From: an uncultured delta proteobacterium
GTDB taxonomy: Bacteria; Myxococcota_A; Polyangia; Polyangiales; JAFGIB01
Length of the DNA stretch: 64,000 nucleotides
Assembly: GCA_963778655.1 (NCBI GenBank)
Contig: CAVZVA010000005.1
Location: 64,001-128,000, forward strand
Direction of reading: 5' to 3'
Below the pieces are notes generated by a model. That model was not told where the DNA came from and made no database searches. It saw only the letters and a program-made list of their open reading frames with translations. A program made the translations under genes and the position numbers. This document shows positions 42,310 to 54,629 of the stretch, piece after piece (positions within the stretch are counted from its first letter, which is position 1; each line of letters starts with the position of its first letter).

Positions 42310-42460
42310 GCTGCGTATGCTCCGCTCGCGCCGGGGCTCACGCGTCCGCGGCGTTGCGGGCAGTGTCAGCGCGTTTTGAAGGAATTTCAAGCCGGCCTGC
42401 ACGAGGACCGCGAGGGGCACTCGCTGGTGCCGCCGCAGCGCTCGAAGGACCGGCCGAGCT

Positions 42461-43075
42461 TCAACCAAAGCCGCCAAAATACGGCAGCGCCTTGGCGGTA
42501 CGCGCGATCTCCGCGCGCGCCTGCAGCAGCTCGGCGGTGGTGTCCCAGCGCCCGCTGCGCAACTGCTCGCGTGGTCCGGCCGGCATGCTCGCTGCCAGCG
42601 TGGTCGCGCCGAAGCGCACCTCGAGCCGCCCGAGGTCCACCGCGACCTCGAGCGCCGGATCCGCGTCCACCGCCCGCGTGAGCTGCTGCAGATCGGCGGG
42701 CTTGAGGCTCAGACACGGAATGCCGAGCGCCACGCAATTGCCGAAGAAGATCTCGGCATAGCTCTCGCCCACGACCGCGCGCAGGCCCTTGCCCCAGCGC
42801 ATCAGCGCCTGCGGGGCGTGCTCTCGCGACGAACCGCAGCCGAAGTTGCGTCCGACCACCAGGATCTGCGCCTGCCGGCGCGCCGGGTCCTCGAAGGGGT
42901 GGGTCTTGCCGGCCTCGGCAAGCTGCTTGCGGTCGTCCTCGAACGCGTGCTCGCCCAATCCATCGAAGGTCACGCAGCGCAAGAAGCGCGCCGGGATGAT
43001 GCGGTCGGTGTCGATGTCGTTGCCGGCAACGGCGACGGCCTTTCCTTCTATGACTTCGCGTTTGGCGTCTTGCAT
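42461..43075 (-). CDS. leuD: 3-isopropylmalate dehydratase small subunit
   Basis: DIDTDRIIPARFL, NFGCGSSREHAP, IFFGN. Confidence 0.95.
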   Translation of the reverse strand: MQDAKREVIEGKAVAVAGNDIDTDRIIPARFLRCVTFDGLGEHAFEDDRKQLAEAGKTHPFEDPARRQAQILVVGRNFGCGSSREHAPQALMRWGKGLRAVVGESYAEIFFGNCVALGIPCLSLKPADLQQLTRAVDADPALEVAVDLGRLEVRFGATTLAASMPAGPREQLRSGRWDTTAELLQARAEIARTAKALPYFGGFG

Positions 43076-43105
43076 GGCTCTGCTGGCTCCTTGTCGGCTG
43101 CGGCT

Positions 43106-44521
43106 CTACGCGATCGAGAACACTTGGCGCGCGTCGGCGACCTCGCCGCTGACCGCGGCGGCGGCGACCATCACCGGCGACATCAGCAGCGTGCGGCCGG
43201 TGGGCGAGCCCTGGCGGCCCTTGAAGTTGCGGTTGGACGACGAGGCGCACAGCTCGCGCCCCACCAGCTTGTCGGGATTCATCGCCAGGCACATCGAGCA
43301 GCCGGCCTCGCGAAACTCGAAGCCGGCGTCGACGAAGACCCGGTCCAAGCCGGCTTCGATCAGGCGCTTGCGCACCTGTTGCGAGCCGGGCACCACCAGC
43401 GCGCGCACCCCGGCCTGAACCCTCTTGCCGCTGCGCCGCAGGTGGTTGGCGACCTCCTCGAAGTCGGAGAAGCGTCCGTTGGTGCAGGAGCCGATGAAGG
43501 CCACGTCGATCTTGCGCCCGGCGATTGCGCCGCCGGGCTCGAAACCCATGTAGCGGTAGGCCTCCTCGACCAGCCCGCGGTCTTCTGCCGGCAGCTCGGC
43601 GCTGCGCGGGATCGTGCCGCCCACCGGGGTCGACTGCCCGGGCGTGATTCCCCAGGTGACCATCGGCTCGATCTCCTCGCCCCGCACGCGCACCACGTCG
43701 TCGTAGCGCGCGTCGGCATCGGAGCGGACGCTCTGCCAGTAACGCAGCGCGCGCTCCCAGGCCTCGCCGGAAGGCGCATGCTGGCGTCCCTTCAAGTACG
43801 CGTAGGTGGTCTCGTCCGGATTGACGTAACCGCAGCGCGCGCCGCCCTCGATCGCCATGTTGCACACGGTCATGCGCTGCTCCATCGAGAAGCGATCGAA
43901 GACCTCGCCGCCGAACTCATAAGCGTAGCCGACGCCGCCTTGCACGCCCAGGCGGTGGATCACGTAGAGGATGACGTCTTTGGCGTAGACCCCGGGCCGC
44001 AGCGAGCCGCTGACCTCGATCCGCCGCACCTTGAGCTTGTCCATGGCCAGCGTCTGGGTCGCCAGCACGTCGCGCACCTGCGAGGTACCGATGCCGAACG
44101 CGATCGCGCCGAAGGCGCCGTGGGTCGCGGTATGCGAGTCGCCGCAGCAGATGGTCATTCCCGGCTGGGTCAGGCCGAGCTCGGGGCCGATCACGTGGAC
44201 GATGCCCTGCTCGCCGCTCTGCGGCGAGAGATACAGGATCCCGTTCTGCTCGCAGTTGCGCTCCAGCTCGACCAGCATCTGCTCCGCCAGGTCGTCGGCG
44301 AAGGGCCGCAGCTGGCTGCGGGTCGGAATGATGTGATCGCAGGTGGCGAAGGTGCGCTCGGGGTGCAGCACGCCCAGCCCGCGCTCGCGCAGCATCTCGA
44401 AGGCCTGCGGCGAGGTGACCTCGTGGATCAGGTGCAGGCCCATCAGCAGCTGGTACTGCCCCGAGTCGAGCTGGCGCACCGTGTGCGCGTCGAAGACTTT
44501 TTCGTACAGGCTCTTTCCCAT
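43106..44521 (-). CDS. leuC: 3-isopropylmalate dehydratase large subunit
   Basis: [47 protein letters not shown]. Confidence 0.96.
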   Translation of the reverse strand: MGKSLYEKVFDAHTVRQLDSGQYQLLMGLHLIHEVTSPQAFEMLRERGLGVLHPERTFATCDHIIPTRSQLRPFADDLAEQMLVELERNCEQNGILYLSPQSGEQGIVHVIGPELGLTQPGMTICCGDSHTATHGAFGAIAFGIGTSQVRDVLATQTLAMDKLKVRRIEVSGSLRPGVYAKDVILYVIHRLGVQGGVGYAYEFGGEVFDRFSMEQRMTVCNMAIEGGARCGYVNPDETTYAYLKGRQHAPSGEAWERALRYWQSVRSDADARYDDVVRVRGEEIEPMVTWGITPGQSTPVGGTIPRSAELPAEDRGLVEEAYRYMGFEPGGAIAGRKIDVAFIGSCTNGRFSDFEEVANHLRRSGKRVQAGVRALVVPGSQQVRKRLIEAGLDRVFVDAGFEFREAGCSMCLAMNPDKLVGRELCASSSNRNFKGRQGSPTGRTLLMSPVMVAAAAVSGEVADARQVFSIA

Positions 44522-44567
44522 GCTTGCGCTCCTATCGGTTGCTGGCGGGCTGCGAGCACGACCACGA

Positions 44568-45086
44568 CTACGAGTGAGGCTCAGGTACGGGGGGCCTCTG
44601 GGCCTGGCGAGCTGGCGCGGAAGGCTCGGGGGACTGCTCGGCGGCGTAGCGCTCGATGCGCGCGATCAGCTCCTGGCTCAGGCGGTTGAAGCGCTGCAGC
44701 TCGGACTCGGGTAGGTCGCTCCAAATGGCGGCGATCGCGTGCTGTCGTTCGGCGCGCAGGCGCTGCATCGTCTTGTGACCCTTGGCGCTGAGCTCGTACT
44801 GGCGCAGGCGGCCGTCGTCGGGCGACACCGACACGCGCACCAGATCCTTGTCCAGCAGCTGGCGCAGCAGCTTCGAAACCGCGGCCGCGCTGCTCTCGCG
44901 GCTCTTGGCGAACATCGAGGGGATGAAGTGCTCGGTCGAGATCTCCTCGAGCACGCGCCACTGCGGCTCGCTGAGCTCGACTTGCGCCGCGAGCTGCTCG
45001 CGGCGGCGCTGGAACAGCTCGCACAGGCGCTGCAGTCGCTCGATGCTGCAGTGCACGGTCTCGACCGCGGCGCGCGTGCCCGACAT
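44568..45086 (-). CDS. MarR family transcriptional regulator
   Basis: [27 protein letters not shown]...LSAKG. Confidence 0.85.
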   Translation of the reverse strand: MSGTRAAVETVHCSIERLQRLCELFQRRREQLAAQVELSEPQWRVLEEISTEHFIPSMFAKSRESSAAAVSKLLRQLLDKDLVRVSVSPDDGRLRQYELSAKGHKTMQRLRAERQHAIAAIWSDLPESELQRFNRLSQELIARIERYAAEQSPEPSAPARQAQRPPVPEPHS

Positions 45087-45099
45087 GACGCGTTATATA

Positions 45100-45115
45100 G
45101 TTAACCAAGGATAAC
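45100..45115. promoter_or_regulatory. Candidate MarR operator
   Basis: Imperfect palindrome GTTAACC-AA-GGATAAC in the AT-rich divergent spacer just upstream of marR. Confidence 0.45.
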
Positions 45116-45194
45116 AATTGCGCAAGGGAAAGTTATTCGTTGCGCGAGGAAGCCTCGCTTGCCTTCGGATCTGGTCATCCGTACAGTGGCGCCG

Positions 45195-47681
45195 ATGGCT
45201 TCCTCCTCCTTCGATCCGCGCCCGTTTTCGAGCCCGCGCGCCGTGCCCTGGCCGCAGCCCGCCGGGCTCACGGCGGTGCTCGAGGGTTGGCAGTCGAGCC
45301 CGCGCGTGTTCCGAAACGTTGCGCTGCACGAGCGCATCCCGGCCGTGCCGGCGCGCTTGGCAGCGCTACCCGAGGGGCTCGCGTCCGGCATCGAGGCCGC
45401 GCTCGCCGCGCGCGGGATCCGCCAGCTCTACGCCCATCAGCTCGAGGCTTACCTGCACGTGCGCGCGGGGCGCGACGTGGTGATCGCCACGCCCACCGCC
45501 TCGGGCAAGAGCTTGTGCTACACGCTGCCGCTGCTGCAGGCGCTGAGCGAGGACCCGAGCGCGCGCGCGCTGTGCCTGTTTCCGACCAAGGCGCTGGCGC
45601 GCGACCAGGAAGCCTCGCTGCGCGCGCTGCTGCGCGACGCGGGCCTGGCGCGCGGTGCCGTCACCTACGACGGCGACACGCCCGCAGACGCCCGCCGGGC
45701 CGCGCGCGAGCAGAGCTCACTGCTGCTGACCAATCCCGATATGCTGCACGCAGGCATTCTGCCGCACCACACCGCGTGGGCGCGCTTCTTCGCCAAGCTG
45801 CGCTACGTGGTCATCGACGAGCTGCACATCTACCGCGGCGTGTTCGGCTCGCATCTGGCGAACGTGCTGCGCAGGCTCGATCGGGTCGCGCGCTTTCACG
45901 GCTCGCGGCCGGTGTTCATCCTCTCCTCGGCCACCATCGGCAATCCGCGCGAGCACGCCGGCCGCATGCTGGGGCGGCCGGTCGAGCTGGTCGAGCACAG
46001 CGGCGCGCCGCTCGGTCCGCGCCGCGTGATCGTCTACAACCCGCCGGTGCTCAATCCCGAGCTGGGCGTGCGCGAGAGCTACCTCAAGGCCGCTGTGCGC
46101 TTGACCAGCGAGCTGGTGCTGGGCGGGGTCAGCACGCTGGTGTTCGGCCAGTCGCGCAACAATGTCGAGGTGATGCTGAAGTACCTGCGCGAGCGGCTCG
46201 CGCGCGCGCACCTGCCCCGCGACAGCGTGGCCGCTTATCGCGGCGGTTACCTGCCGGAGCTGCGCCGCAGCATCGAACAGTCGCTGCGCGACGGCGAGCT
46301 GCGCTGCGTGGTGGCGACCAGCGCGCTCGAGCTCGGCATCGACATCGGCGCGCTCGATGCCGTGGTGTGCGCCGGCTATCCCGGGACGCTGGCGGGGTTG
46401 TGGCAGCGCTTCGGGCGCGCGGGCCGCCGCGGCGGTGAGAGCCTGGCCTTGCTGATCGCCAGCAGCGCGCCGCTCGACCAGCACGTGGCGCGCGAGCAGG
46501 GTTATCTGTTGGGTGCCCCGATCGAGCAGGCGCGGATCGATCCCGACAACGCCGAGATCCTGGTCCAGCATGTCAAGTGCAGCGCGTTCGAGCTGCCTTT
46601 CGAGCGCGGCGAGGCCTTCGGCGGGCTGCCGGGCGAGGTGGTGCAGGACGCGCTCGAGTTTCTGGGTGCCCACGGCTTGCTGCACGCGGTGCAGAGCGGA
46701 GCCAAGACCGTCTACCACTGGGCGAGCGACGCCTATCCGGCCACGCACGTCTCGCTGCGCAGCGTCGGCTGGGACAACTTCGTCGTGATCGACGTGGAAC
46801 ACGATCGCAGCATCGCGGAGATGGACTGGCGCTCGACCCACACCATGCTGCACGAGCAGGCGATCTACCAGCACGAGGGCGAGCAGTACCAGGTCGAGCG
46901 GCTCGACTTCGACAACCACAAGGCATTCGTGCGCAAGGTGGACTCGGATTACTTCACCAACGCGATGACCTACGTGCGCGTGGGCGTGCTGGAGGTCGCC
47001 GAAGAGCTGCCGCTCGCGGGCGAGGACCCAACCGGAGCGACGGGGAGGGCGCGTGCCCTCCCCGGTGAACAAGCACAACCCCGCTGCGGGCGTGGCGACG
47101 TGAGCGTGGTGGAGAAGATCGTGGGTTACAAGAAGATCAAGTACCACACCCACGAGAACGTCGGCTATGGCGAGGTGAGCCTGCCGGAGATGCAGATGCA
47201 CACCACCGCGTTCTGGTTGACCGTGCCCGAGCCGGTGGTGCAGCGTCAGGCAGTGGAGCGGCCGCTGGTCATCGACGCCCTGCGTGGCATCGGCCACGCC
47301 TTGCACACGGTCGCGAGCGTGGGGTTGATGGCCGACCCGGCGGACCTCGGCCATACCATGGGCGACAGGAGCGAGCCGCAGGGCGTGCCGGGCAAGTCGC
47401 CGGGCGGCGGGCCGGGTTTCGATCCCACCCTGTTCGTCTACGACCGCATCCCCGGCGGAGTGGGGCTGTCGCCGCGCCTGTTCGAGTCGCGCGAGGAGCT
47501 GCTGCGGCGGGCGCGCGCGGTGATCGAGGGCTGCAGCTGCGACTTCGGATGCCCTGCCTGCGTCGGGCCGGTCAGCGCTCCGCCGGATGCGGCGGGTGCG
47601 GCCTCACCGTCGCTCTCGCTTTCGCGCAGGTGCATCGCGCTCGCGCTGCTCGCCGACCTGGGCATCGCCGGTACCCATTAG
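45195..47681 (+). CDS. DEAD/DEAH-box helicase with DUF1998 four-Cys domain (MrfA/YprA/SftH/Hrq1 family)
   Basis: LYAHQ, TPTASGKS, PTKAL, DELH, SAT, QRFGRAGR, CSCDFGCPAC. Confidence 0.93.
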   Translation: MASSSFDPRPFSSPRAVPWPQPAGLTAVLEGWQSSPRVFRNVALHERIPAVPARLAALPEGLASGIEAALAARGIRQLYAHQLEAYLHVRAGRDVVIATPTASGKSLCYTLPLLQALSEDPSARALCLFPTKALARDQEASLRALLRDAGLARGAVTYDGDTPADARRAAREQSSLLLTNPDMLHAGILPHHTAWARFFAKLRYVVIDELHIYRGVFGSHLANVLRRLDRVARFHGSRPVFILSSATIGNPREHAGRMLGRPVELVEHSGAPLGPRRVIVYNPPVLNPELGVRESYLKAAVRLTSELVLGGVSTLVFGQSRNNVEVMLKYLRERLARAHLPRDSVAAYRGGYLPELRRSIEQSLRDGELRCVVATSALELGIDIGALDAVVCAGYPGTLAGLWQRFGRAGRRGGESLALLIASSAPLDQHVAREQGYLLGAPIEQARIDPDNAEILVQHVKCSAFELPFERGEAFGGLPGEVVQDALEFLGAHGLLHAVQSGAKTVYHWASDAYPATHVSLRSVGWDNFVVIDVEHDRSIAEMDWRSTHTMLHEQAIYQHEGEQYQVERLDFDNHKAFVRKVDSDYFTNAMTYVRVGVLEVAEELPLAGEDPTGATGRARALPGEQAQPRCGRGDVSVVEKIVGYKKIKYHTHENVGYGEVSLPEMQMHTTAFWLTVPEPVVQRQAVERPLVIDALRGIGHALHTVASVGLMADPADLGHTMGDRSEPQGVPGKSPGGGPGFDPTLFVYDRIPGGVGLSPRLFESREELLRRARAVIEGCSCDFGCPACVGPVSAPPDAAGAASPSLSLSRRCIALALLADLGIAGTH

Positions 47682-47690
47682 CGAGGCCCG

Positions 47691-49013
47691 ATGCGCTTGC
47701 GTGAACGACTGGCCGAGCTTGATCCGCGTACCCGGGCTGGCGCGGCGGGCGTTGCGGATGCGGGCGAGGCCGAGCGCCGCGAGCGCATCGAACGCCTGCG
47801 CGAGTTGATCGGCGAGGCCAGCGCGCGCAGCGCAAGGCCGCGGCCGGAGCGCGCGCCGGTCGCGCCCGGCAGGCTGCCTTTGGGTCAGGAGCGCGAGACG
47901 GCCGCAGGTCCGCTGCACATCGTCGAGCGCTGGCTCGAGCCGGGGCACATGCACGGTCGCGTGGCCGTGCGCGACGCGCTCGGCGTCGAGGGCGCGCTGG
48001 TGGCCAAGCTCGCGCTCGAGCCGGCCTTCGAGAGGTTGGATTTCTCGCGCATGCTGATCCTCGACACCGAGACCACCGGCCTTGCCGGAGGCACGGGCAC
48101 CGTGCCCTTCCTGATCGGGCTGTGCTTCTTCGAGGACGGGGTGCTCAAGCTGGAGCAGCTCTTCCTGCGCAACTTGGGCGCCGAGACTCCGCTGCTGCAG
48201 CATCTGGCCGAGCGCGTGGCGCAGGCGAGCTGTCTGCTCAGCTACAACGGCAAGGCGTTCGACTGGCCGCTGCTGCGCACGCGCTTCGTGCTCAACCGCG
48301 TTCCGCTGCCGCCTGCACCGCCGCACCTGGACCTGCTGCACTGCGCCCGGCGCGTGTGCCGGCCGCGCATGCCCAGCGTGAGGCTGACCGAGGTGGAACG
48401 CTCGCTGCTGGGCTTCCACCGCGAGGACGACGTCGACGGCGCGCAGATCCCGGGCCTGTATCTCGGCTACCTGCGCGGCGACGATCCGCGCTGCCTGCTG
48501 CCGGTGCTCGAGCACAACGCGCACGACTTGGTGGCGCTGGCCGCGGTGCTGTCGCGACTGTGCGCGCACTTCGCGGAGGTCCGGCCCGAGGACGATCCGC
48601 GCGACCATCTGGCGTACGCCAAGCTCGCGCTGCGCGGCCGCGATCATCTGCGCGCGCGCGCGTTCGCCGAGGCCGCGGCCGCGGGCAGCGAGAACAGCGC
48701 GCTCGCACGCGAGGCGCTGGCGCTGTGCGCGGCGGCTTGCCGCCGGGGCGGCGACAGCGCGGCGGCGCTGCGCGCGTGGCAGCGTGCGCTGCAGCTCGCC
48801 GATTGTGAGCAATCCCGGGCGCACGCCCACCTGGCGCTCGCGCGCCTGTGCGAGCATGCGCTGCGCGATCCGCGCGCCGCCTATGGGCACGCCCGCCTGA
48901 CGCTGCCGGCGGAGGGCGCGCATGCGCACGGCCGCCGCCTGGGCCGCCTGCACCGCAGGCTCGAGCGCGCGCTCCTTCATGAAACAGGAAGACGGGAAGA
49001 CGGAAAGGCTTGA
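47691..49013 (+). CDS. RNase H-like (DEDD) exonuclease with TPR-like tail (MrfB/YprB family)
   Basis: LDTETTGL, SYNGKAFDWP, HLDLLH, HNAHDL; directly after the helicase. Confidence 0.9.
   Translation: MRLRERLAELDPRTRAGAAGVADAGEAERRERIERLRELIGEASARSARPRPERAPVAPGRLPLGQERETAAGPLHIVERWLEPGHMHGRVAVRDALGVEGALVAKLALEPAFERLDFSRMLILDTETTGLAGGTGTVPFLIGLCFFEDGVLKLEQLFLRNLGAETPLLQHLAERVAQASCLLSYNGKAFDWPLLRTRFVLNRVPLPPAPPHLDLLHCARRVCRPRMPSVRLTEVERSLLGFHREDDVDGAQIPGLYLGYLRGDDPRCLLPVLEHNAHDLVALAAVLSRLCAHFAEVRPEDDPRDHLAYAKLALRGRDHLRARAFAEAAAAGSENSALAREALALCAAACRRGGDSAAALRAWQRALQLADCEQSRAHAHLALARLCEHALRDPRAAYGHARLTLPAEGAHAHGRRLGRLHRRLERALLHETGRREDGKA
48984..49007. repeat. REP-like arm, copy 4, inside the 3' end of the exonuclease ORF
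   Basis: ACAGGAAGACGGGAAGACGGAAAG. Confidence 0.75.
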
Positions 49014-49225
49014 CGGTTCGAGGCTGGGGTGTCGCTGGATTCAGGTGTAACTTGGCCGCTGAAAGGGGGGGCGTGCGCTTGACCGCCACGCACGACGACG
49101 CGAGCGCCCGATCGCCTGGTGGCGGGGCCATGGTCCCGAAAGCTCGACGGCTGACGCGGGCCCGGCCGCGCCCACTTGCCGCGAGCTGCCTGGCCCGCCC
49201 GAGCGGGGTTGCCTCTGCGAGCGCA

Positions 49226-49290
49226 ACAGGAAGACGGGAAGACGGGAAGACCCTAGCTCGTCTGCTTTCCCCGCCTTCCTGTCTTCCCGT
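49226..49290. repeat. REP-like inverted repeat, copy 5
   Basis: ACAGGAAGACGGGAAGACGGGAAG (49226-49249) and TTCCCCGCCTTCCTGTCTTCCCGT (49267-49290). Confidence 0.8.
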
Positions 49291-49344
49291 CAGTCCTCTC
49301 ACTTCGAGCGCGCATGCGCGTGCTGAGTCGACCCGGTGCAGCCC

Positions 49345-50106
49345 ATGAGCTTCGTGGTCGTCGGGGTCGACTGCGCCACCACCGAGGAGCGCACCGGTCT
49401 GGCGTACGGCGTGCTGGACGCTGCCGGCGTGGTCGAGCTCAGGCGAGCGACCCTCGGCACGGCCGGGGAGTCCGCCGCCGCGACCGTCGCCGGCTGGATC
49501 GCCGGCAAGCCGCTCTATGTGCTGGCCTTCGACGCACCGCTCGGTTGGCCTGCCGCGCTCGGGCCGAGCCTGAGCGCGCACCGCGCCGGCGAGCCGATCG
49601 CGGACGCGCCGGACCAGCTGTTCCGGCGCGAGACCGACCGCTTCGTTCACGCCGAGCTCGGCAAGCTGCCGCTGGAGGTGGGCGCCGATCGAATCGCGCG
49701 CACGGCCCGGGCCGCGCTCGGCCTGCTGCACGAGATCCGCGGCGTGGCACGCGCGCGGCTGCCGTTGCTGTGGAGCCCCGGGCAGGGCTCGGGTGCGATC
49801 GAAGTCTATCCGGCCGCGACCCTGCTCAGCCGCGGCATCTCGGCGCGTGGCTACAAGGGAGATTCGGCTCCGGGCCGCCGAGCGCGTGCGGCGATCTTGG
49901 CGCGGATCGAGCCCGAGCTGCGCTTCGCGCGCCCCCACGATCGCGAGCAGCTGGTCGACAACGAGCACATGCTGGACGCAGCGCTGTGCGTGCTGGCCGC
50001 AGCCGACTTCGCCCGCGGCGAGGCGCTTGCGCCGGGCGACCGCGAGCGCTCCGAGCGCGAAGGCTGGATCTGGTTTCGCGGTCGCGGCCAGCGCGAGTTG
50101 TTCTGA
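49345..50106 (+). CDS. DUF429 family protein (predicted RNase H-fold nuclease)
   Basis: VGVD, FDAPLGWP, RETDR, IEVYPAA, LDAALC, EGWIW. Confidence 0.8.
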   Translation: MSFVVVGVDCATTEERTGLAYGVLDAAGVVELRRATLGTAGESAAATVAGWIAGKPLYVLAFDAPLGWPAALGPSLSAHRAGEPIADAPDQLFRRETDRFVHAELGKLPLEVGADRIARTARAALGLLHEIRGVARARLPLLWSPGQGSGAIEVYPAATLLSRGISARGYKGDSAPGRRARAAILARIEPELRFARPHDREQLVDNEHMLDAALCVLAAADFARGEALAPGDRERSEREGWIWFRGRGQRELF

Positions 50107-50143
50107 AGCAGCTCCGGGCAACCCGGGCAGGGCGAAGATTCAC

Positions 50144-50199
50144 ACCGGGAGACGGGAAGAACAGATGATCGTGGGTCTTCCCGTCATCTGCCTTCCTGT
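50144..50199. repeat. REP-like inverted repeat, copy 6
   Basis: ACCGGGAGACGGGAAG (50144-50159) and CTTCCCGTCATCTGCCTTCCTGT (50177-50199). Confidence 0.7.
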
Positions 50200-50250
50200 G
50201 ACCCTTCGATCCCCTCGCGGCCGCTTTGACTTGGTTGGACGGGAACCAAC

Positions 50251-50811
50251 TTAGGGACAGGGCGCGTCGGGTGCCGGCTGTCCCTCGATGCAGCGCGTCC
50301 AGCAGGTGTGCAGCTCCAGCACCAGGGGATGGCACTCGCTGCCCGCGTCACAGCTGGTGGGACATGCGCCGGGCTCGCCTTCCGGGATCGCCACGTCGCA
50401 CAGCTCCTCCGGATCGAGCGCGCCGTCGCCGCAGCGCACGGAGTCATCCGAAGCCGGGATCGAAGGCGCGCCCGCCGACCCCGACGCTTGCGGCGATCCC
50501 GTCGGGGCCGGCGCGCCGGCGCCTGCCGTGGACCCTGAAGCACCCGCCTCGCCCGCTGGCTCCGAGCCGTCACCCGAGCTCGGGGGCGAGTCTGCTCCGG
50601 CGTCGTCTCCCGCGCCCGCCGTGCCCAGCGCCGCCACGCTCGTGTGGGTTTCCGGCGAGGGGCGCGTCGTGTCCCGGAGATGGGCCTCCAGGTTGGGGTC
50701 TAGCTGGGCACCTCCCCAGCAGCCGCCCAACAGCATACAGGCCAGCAGCGCACCGGTACCGCGCCTCCTGGCCAACCCCCCAATCATTCTTTCAAAAATC
50801 AGTAATTCCAC
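50251..50811 (-). CDS. Hypothetical lipoprotein with a myxobacterial-type Cys-rich repeat; start uncertain
   Basis: LLGGC lipobox; CGDGALDPEELCD; further Cys residues at the C-terminus. Confidence 0.65.
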   Translation of the reverse strand: MELLIFERMIGGLARRRGTGALLACMLLGGCWGGAQLDPNLEAHLRDTTRPSPETHTSVAALGTAGAGDDAGADSPPSSGDGSEPAGEAGASGSTAGAGAPAPTGSPQASGSAGAPSIPASDDSVRCGDGALDPEELCDVAIPEGEPGACPTSCDAGSECHPLVLELHTCWTRCIEGQPAPDAPCP

Positions 50812-50999
50812 AGCAATTCATCCATGACATAACGTGTGCACCCGGTCTTCACGCGCTCCCTACGGCTTCATGACGAGGCATTGACCGGTGTTCGGTTGGG
50901 GCGTGCGGCCTGACGTGGCTTGTGGGGCGCGTCCGGCCGGACCCACTCAAAAATGGTGTCTGGCCGCTAAAATGCGCTGCTGATAGAACAAAGCTTGGG

Positions 51000-52926
51000 A
51001 TGGCGTTTCGGTTCAGCGCGTTCGAGGTCGATTTCCAGCTCTACGAGCTCCGCCGCGACGGCGAGGCGGTGCGCATCGATCGCAAGGTCTTCGACCTGTT
51101 GCGCTATCTGGTCGAGCACCGCGATCGGGTGGTCGAGAAGCAGGAGTTGCTGCGCGAGGTGTGGGGCGGCGACGTGGTGGTCGACGCGGTCGTGCCCACG
51201 GCGGTCGCCCGGCTGCGCAGGGCGCTCGGCCAGCGCGGTGCGGAGAGCGCGCCGAATCCAGACCGTGCACGGCCGCGGTTACCGCTTCAGCGCCGAGCTC
51301 GCGGTCGCGCCGGTGCGCCGCAGCGCGCAGCCCGAGAGTGGGCGCCCGTCTTTGTTGGTCGACACCGACCTGCATCCCGGCCTGCGCGACCCGTTCGTGG
51401 GCCGCGACGCGCTGATGCAGCGGCTCGGCGGTGCGCTCGACAAAGCGCTTGCGGGCATCCCGCGGGCGCGCCTGCTGGTCGGTGAGCCGGGCATCGGCAA
51501 GACCCGGGTGTGCCAGGAGCTGGCCGCGCGTGCGCGCGAAGCGGGCGCTCGCGTGTGGAGCGGGCGCTGCTACGAGGCCGACCGCGGCGAGCCGCTGTGG
51601 CCCTGGATCCAGATCTTGCGCCAGGCGGTCGACCCCGCCGCCACCGAGGCGCTGAACGGGCTGCCGCCCGCGGCGCGCGCGGAGCTGAGCATGCTGGTGC
51701 CCGAGCTGGAGCGCGCGAGCCTGCCGCCTCCGGCGGTGCTGCCGCCTCCGGCGGCGCCCGGCGCCGAGCCGGCTGCGCGCGCGCCCGTGCAGCCCGGGCT
51801 GTCGCTGTTCGACGCCATCACGCGCTTCGTACGCGCGTCCGCGCAACGGGTGCCGCTGCTGCTGGTGCTCGATGATCTGCACTGGGCAGACACCGCTACG
51901 CTCTCGCTGCTCGGGTACCTGCTCGACGAGCTGGGCAGCGCGCGCGTGCTGGTGCTGGGCACCTTTCGCGACGCCGAGCTGGAGCCCGGCCATCCCCACA
52001 CCGCCTTGCTCGACCGGTTGGAGCGCAACGCGGCCTTCAAGCGCATCGCGCTCTCCGGGCTGCTGGTCGACGACGTGGCGTGCTACGTGAACGAGCTGAC
52101 GGGCCAATCCGCGCCCCCGGAGCTCGCCCGCAAGCTCCACGAGCGCACCGCGGGCAACCCCTTCTTCGTGCGCGAGACGGTGCGCGCGCTCACCACCGAC
52201 GCGCTGGCCGAGGGGCACCTGCGTGTGTTTGAGATCGCGCTGCCGGAGAGCGCGCGCGACGTGATCCGCAGGCGCGTGCTGCTGCTGCCGGAGGCCGCGC
52301 AACAGGTGCTGCAGGCGGGCAGCGTGCTCGGCCTGCGCTTCGAGCTGGGCCTGCTCGGGGCGATGCTCGAGCTGGACAGTGCGGCGCTGCTGGCCGCGCT
52401 CGACCGGGCGCTGGCCGCGCGCCTATTGTTCCGCGCCGACCAGGGCGTGGCGGGCATGGCGTTCGCGCACGCGGTGGTGCGCGACACCGTCTACGACGAC
52501 TTGCCCAGCACCCGTAAGTGCGAGCTGCACCTGCGCGCCGGCGAAGCGCTGGAGCAGCAGCGCAGCCACCGGCCCGCGTCCGCGGCCGAGATCGCGCTGC
52601 ACTACTACCGCGCGCTGCCGCACGGGGACGGCAACAAGGCCTTCGAGCATGGCAAGCGCGCCGCCGAGCAGGCGGCGGCCGCGGGCGAGCACGAGCTGGC
52701 CGCCGATTTCTACCGCCGCGCTTACGAGGGCCTGTCCTTCGTGCAGGGCGCCGACGCCAATCGCAGCGCCGAGGTCATGCTCGGCCTGGGCCGCGCGCAC
52801 CGCGAGAGCGGCCATCCAACCGCCGCGCGCGAAGCGCTCGACCGCGTGCTCGAGCTGAGCCAGGTGGCGGGCGCATCCGAGGCCTGGGCCAAAGCCGCCC
52901 GCCGCGAGCTCGAACGCCTGCGCTGA
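51000..52926 (+). pseudogene. Winged-HTH + AAA ATPase + TPR transcriptional regulator with a 1-nt frameshift (probably a sequencing error)
   Basis: MAFRFSAFEVD...FDLLRYLVEHRDRVV in one frame; IQTVHGRGYRF, FVGRD, GEPGIGKT, LDDLHWAD, GNPFF in another. Extra A at 51255-51256. Confidence 0.85.
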
Positions 52927-52938
52927 GCCCGCGGGTCC

Positions 52939-54513
<1,575 letters not shown>

Positions 54514-54629
54514 CGCCGACCGGGGCGCTAGCTTGGACAGGATCCGGGGGAAAGCAAGTCAGGCGGCGCGGCGCTGCGGGGCCGCTGCGGCTTTCCCTTC
54601 CCGTGGTTTGTCGCTACACCCGGCGGGCC

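Noticed and set aside
49115..49215. c-di-GMP-I riboswitch (GAAA loop and AGCGGGGTTGCC ending)
   Set aside because: Lacks the GGCAAA and GCAAA conserved segments and a convincing P1/P2 pairing. An Infernal scan would settle it.
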